Below are positions 59,130 to 64,000 of a stretch of DNA of 64,000 nt, in pieces. The notes beneath the pieces were generated by a model. It had not been told where the DNA came from, ran no database searches, and saw only the letters and a list, made by a program, of their open reading frames with translations. Every line of letters starts with the position of its first letter. Positions within the stretch are counted from its first letter, which is position 1. A program made the position numbers and the translations under genes. Location: NCBI GenBank assembly GCA_043228905.1, contig JBHGNT010000003.1:9114001-9178000 (forward strand), in the 5' to 3' direction. Origin of the DNA: Azolla caroliniana (taxonomy: Eukaryota; Plantae; Polypodiophyta).

Positions 59130-60890
59130 GATTAAACTAAAAGGACTTGTGATTGGTTGTTTTCCATCATGTTATTTTATGACCATATGGCCCAATGCAT
59201 GTCCATTCTAACTCAACATCAAAATCCCCTTGTATACAACATGTGTACCATTGGACATGTTTAAAACAATATTGTGGCAATGGATGTGCATTGGATTTAG
59301 AGATGGCGGTTGCTCGTGGAGGCGTGACGTCTAAAGTAGTGCAATACCAACATTGGTGAGTGGGATGGTGACAATGATAAGAGAAGGCATATAATGATGA
59401 TGGGGCGAAATGATTATGATTGAGGGAATGGTGGGGTTGGGGGTAAAAGAGAGAGTTGAGGGAAAATATGGGTTTATGGGGAAACAATAATAAAGAAAGG
59501 GTTAGGGGTTATGATAAGAATGTACGAGGGGAAAATGTGAAAATGGGAAATGCTAAAGGAGTGAAGTAAACAAAGAGGAAGAAGATAGAGTGGGACCTTT
59601 TTTGGAGAGAGGAAAATGATATATCGCGAGGGGGGTGGGTGAAACTAGCAAAGTGCACTTGAAATTGCATTTCCAATGTTTATTGGTGTTGGGATCTCGG
59701 GGTTATTGCATCAATCACTATCTTCTATGTCTGCAATGCAGAATGTGCAAAGATATCGAGGTAATAATATTTAGATCGTGTCTTATCTTTGATAGGAAGT
59801 GGTATTGACACGGTGATCGGGAAGGTAGATATTGTCTCTATGTATTTCACCATGAACTTCTTAGTAAGGGCATGTCTATAAGGAGTTAGTATGGGGATGT
59901 GGTGGATTCAATCATTACATCCTTGTCTTTGTATATTGTTGGCTATACCTTTGCAAATATCATCATGATCTACATGCTAGAATGGCTTGCCATGTTGCAA
60001 TATTATTTTGTGGCCCTATTGCCCATTGTATGTGTCCATTCCAATTGACCATTGACATTTCCTTTTAACACAATATATGTACCATTACACATGTTCACTA
60101 TGATTTCGCGATGACAATGCACTACTTGTTGGAGAGCAAGGGTTGCAACTACTTACTCATGTGGGAGCACATGGATTAACAATCATGTGGACAATGATGG
60201 ATTTAGTGATGGTGGCATGCAAGTAGAGGTGTGAGGTTCATGTGATGTAATATCAATGTTAGTGAGGGGGATGGTTACGATGATAAGAGATTGAATATGA
60301 TGATAAAAAAATAGTCTATGGGTTATGATGAGAAGGCAAGAAGGGGGGAAAATGAGAACGAGAATGTTAGAGTGAGGAAGACAAAAAAGGGAGGGGAGAA
60401 GGGGGGGGGGATTTCGGAGAGTAAAATGATACAATTAGAAGGGGTCTAAGCGAGGTTCATGGTGTGTTACTTTGGGGTTCGGTGCACATGTCCTTGTGTA
60501 TTGGACTAATTTCTAGGTGTCATCTTCGCACTTGGAATCCCCTTTCCAATGTTTAATGGGGTGTAGATCTTGGGGTCATTGCAGTGGTCATGATCCTATT
60601 GACTTGCAATGCTTCAATATAAGGTACCATTTTAAAGGTTATTAAACTTAAGATGAGTCTTACCTTTGATGGGAAGCGGTGTTGATGTGGTGGCTCATTT
60701 CTAATAGGGAAGTTTTGTCTCTATGCACTTCACTATGAGCTTCTTAGTGCGGGCATCTCTATATGGGGGGGTCTATGTGGGGTGTGTGATATATTCAATC
60801 GTTAAATCATTATCTTTGTCTAATGTTGGCTATTCATTTGCAAATATAATCATGATATAAATTTTATAATGGTTTAGCAAGTTGTTATGC
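59130..60890. repeat. Diverged tandem duplication of a ~870-bp non-coding unit
   Basis: Colinear blocks: gccca…tgtccattc at 59190 and 60021; gcactt…tttccaatgttta at 59655 and 60528; tgtctctatg…ttcac.atga.cttcttagt at 59833 and 60716; tgttggctat…tttgcaaatat.atcatgat at 59937 and 60824. Confidence 0.7.
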
Positions 60891-61417
60891 ATGCATGTCA
60901 TTTGGTGATGATAGGAGTATTGGAATGGAAATATAAGATGTTGTAAATTGGTTACGACACTCGAAATGTATGAGGAGGTATTGGGTTCATGACCCCCAAT
61001 ACCTATGGAGCTTTGTAGTGTTATGACACCATCCCCTGAGTCATAAGGCGGGACTCAATTTGTCAAGATGTGAGATATTGTTGATGGACTTCAAATTTCA
61101 ATCATCGGGTGTACATCTTAACCAATGTTAAGTACCTATTGTATATAACACAACCTGACAACCTTTTTGTAAGTGAGCTATAAAAGTCATAGATAGTTTT
61201 TCACCTTTTTTCTTTGAATCAAGCTCTCTCTCTCTCTCTCTCTCTCTACCTCAGTGGTAAGTTGTTTACACTACTGACACTACATCTTGGGTTCGAAACC
61301 CAACTTTCTCACCTCTCTATTACTCCATACATATCCTCTTAATTTACTAGAGGGTTGAAACCATGACCACCCGATCTCCATTGGCCACCCTTACCAATTG
61401 AGCTACATCCATCTGGG

Positions 61418-61481
<64 letters not shown>

Positions 61482-61799
61482 TTGTAAGTTGAGTAATTAC
61501 GGTTAAGACTTAATTAGCCAAAGCCTAATCACTCCTTCCTATTGTATGTGTGGTGTATATGTGTTGCTAATCAAGTTGTGGTTGTTACTTACATTTGTAA
61601 TCTCTGTATGAGTGTCCACTATCATACATATCTAATGCAAAAACCTGTTAGGGTGTTAACAATCTTCTTAATTATGTTAGTATTGCTAAGAGAGGTGAGT
61701 GATTATTTATGGGATTAGGGTTAACAAAGCTCGCTACTTAAGATTAGAGTGCTTGATGACCACTTTCACCTAGTTCACCACTTATAGAATATCCTACGT

Positions 61800-62170
61800 T
61801 AATAACGAGCCAAACTCCGCGATAGAGAGGATATGACGGTTTGGACCTGTAAACCAAGATACAACTCCATCAATACGAAAAAGTGCATTTGACATAAATG
61901 CCTAGAGTTGACACAACCAATATATATATAGTCTGTTTAGCACAACATTGGATTCTAAAATATAACTTCAAATTCTAGGCCATCAATAGGTTGACTTGAA
62001 GGTGGGAGTAGAACAACTTGATCTAGAATGGAGCTAGAAGCATGCAATTCCAACAAAGATACATTGAACATTGTATGGAGATGCATACATGGATGGAGGT
62101 CAAAGTGAAATGTAATGTATTTGTTTGACTGGAGATTATAAATGGGCCAAGACATTAACCCCATTGATAA
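61800..62170 (-). mobile_element. Degenerate chromovirus integrase C-terminus and chromodomain start
   Basis: LHTMFNVSLLE…PPSSQPIDGLEFEV resembles the Tf2/Tcn1-type HPVFHVSLLEP…PPP..IDGE.EFEV. Confidence 0.55.
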
Positions 62171-63106
62171 TCTAGATTGTCACATGGCATGATGACCTTC
62201 TCATTTTTTTGCATTATTCAACTAGGTTTAGTTATATTAGTCAACCATGTAACTTAGTAGTTACATAATTAAAATCTACTTAGAAATGTTGACCTTAAAG
62301 CCTTAAATAAGATTTTGTACTTAGTGAGGATGCATTCTAGATCCTCCACTACCAAGTTCATTAAATATAGGACTTACATCCTTGTACCTAACGAATGTGC
62401 TAATGTGTGGAGGAGTCTTGATATGCGACTATCCCAATATATATGCCAGTGTGTACATGTAAAGGTGCAAGTATGATTCATGTATATGTCTTATGTACAT
62501 GTAGATGAGTGTGTATGAATATATATATATATATATAGTTTGGGGAGGTTGGGGTGTATAATAGAATGTGTAAAGGAGAATGACTCAATAGACGGAAATG
62601 GGTAGGAACATTGTCAACCCTAGGCTTGGTATTGAGCCTAGGTCAAGTAACAGTCTCGACAATTCTAGGTTTGATGTCAGCATTGCACAATCAAAGAACT
62701 GGAAAATGTGTATTGAAAGGGAGGGAGGCCATATCAGAGAAGGATAGAGACAATCAAGAAAATCTTGTGGATGGCAACAACGCGAAATAAGATTCAACAT
62801 TACGATTTTCAAAAGGCTAACTTAATTGACCTTTGACACAGAAGTTACAACCATGTAAGATAAGACAAAGGAAAGCATTGAGGTGTGAAGGCATGTAAGA
62901 TTATAGAAATGTACACTAGGAAACCATCTTTGTATAGTTAAATTAGAACACCAAGTGCCATTATAGTATCCGAGCAATTGCAAAGGAGTCGAAGAAAACA
63001 ACAATAGCATTCCCACATATTGAGAATCTTCAGTTGACGACAAACTTTATTCACATACCATGACTTTGGCAGTACTTGAAAAAAACTATTTGTTCCCTTT
63101 TTTATT

Positions 63107-63702
63107 TCAGTTTTCCTCAGGTTTCGGAGGTCCTTTGTACTTGAAGTTGTCAGCATATGCTTTCGGCTGCCACAGGATAGAGCATCAAATCATGGGAAAA
63201 AAATAAATTAAAGGAACTAATAAATCACAGAGAAAGATATCAATAGAATTGCATAATAACAATAGTAACATTCCTTTTTTCTTTATAATGCAACTAAAAC
63301 TACTTTGATAGGTTCAGTTAGCAATTATTTAATAGATCAATAAATCAGCAATCTCCCATCATGTTAGGTATTCATTTTGCATGTGCCCAATGAGACGTTT
63401 TCTTCTCATGAGGAGAGAATATGTTTTGCTAATGAAACATCAAACAAGATATATCTTTCTCAGATTACTCAGTCTCTTAAATGCATGCAATCCATCATGT
63501 TTAGACAGATATTTGGATATCATATTTGAAATGAATAAAAGAGATCGTTGCTAGAAAAATGAAATCAATGTTTCTCAATACTCTTGGTAAACATAAAAAA
63601 GCCAATATATGAACGGAATTTAGCAACTAATAAATATAAATCCTATTACACAACTCATTAATACTTGCACACCTTAATAATAGGCTTGTGCGGTTCCTTC
63701 AC
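63107..63702 (-). CDS. NDUFS4: Mitochondrial complex I 18-kDa subunit NDUFS4 (FRO1), last two coding exons; upstream exons outside the window
   Basis: Exon 63702-63673 (cag|VKEPHKPIIK|gt) and exon 63166-63107 (cag|PKAYADNFKYKGPPKPEEN*) match the recalled Arabidopsis FRO1 C-terminus [28 protein letters not shown]. Confidence 0.8.
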
Positions 63703-64000
63703 CTGCATAAGAAACATACGAATACTATTAAAAAAATAGAAAAGAAACAAAATAATTACCTCTTAAATCTATTTACCGAAGTGTCCCCAAACATAATTAG
63801 GCTTGAACTGCGAATATAATTGGTGATTACGTTGGAACTAATATAAGTTCTTCAGGTTATTGATTCTTTTGAGCTATTAATCACAATATTTACTTGTGAA
63901 CCAATACAAGTTTTCATATTGGTTATTGATTCGCCGGAGCTATTAATTGCAATATTTACTTGCAAACTAAAATAAAATTTTCATGTAGGTTATTGGTTCT

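Overview
Nuclear DNA from a land plant, probably a seed-free one such as a fern or lycophyte. That placement is inferred from the Phygy-like Ty3/gypsy elements, RTE-type LINEs and intron-rich host genes. Positions 1-30842 are one nested stack of at least 10 LTR-retroelement insertions inside a single decayed Tnt1/Tork-like copia element, and most junctions resolve to the base by target-site duplications (TSDs). The stack includes one intact, very young copia element (6141-11459). Positions ~30.8-41 kb hold further LINE, copia and gypsy fragments and a plastid 5S rRNA remnant. A 17-exon IRE/IREH1-family AGC kinase gene lies at 42016-55296 (-) and has an unusual repeat-rich N-terminal extension. 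The last two coding exons of NDUFS4/FRO1 are at 63107-63702 (-). The most unusual observations are four. (1) A 9-kb composite has two U3 LTR ends facing inward under one TSD. (2) The 4-bp target sites of the Phygy-like family are centred on CpG. (3) Antisense tRNA-like A/B-box modules sit inside the LTRs of two different gypsy families. (4) A non-coding LTR family has a self-priming site and an array of conserved hairpins. All alignments were done by eye; no database searches were run.
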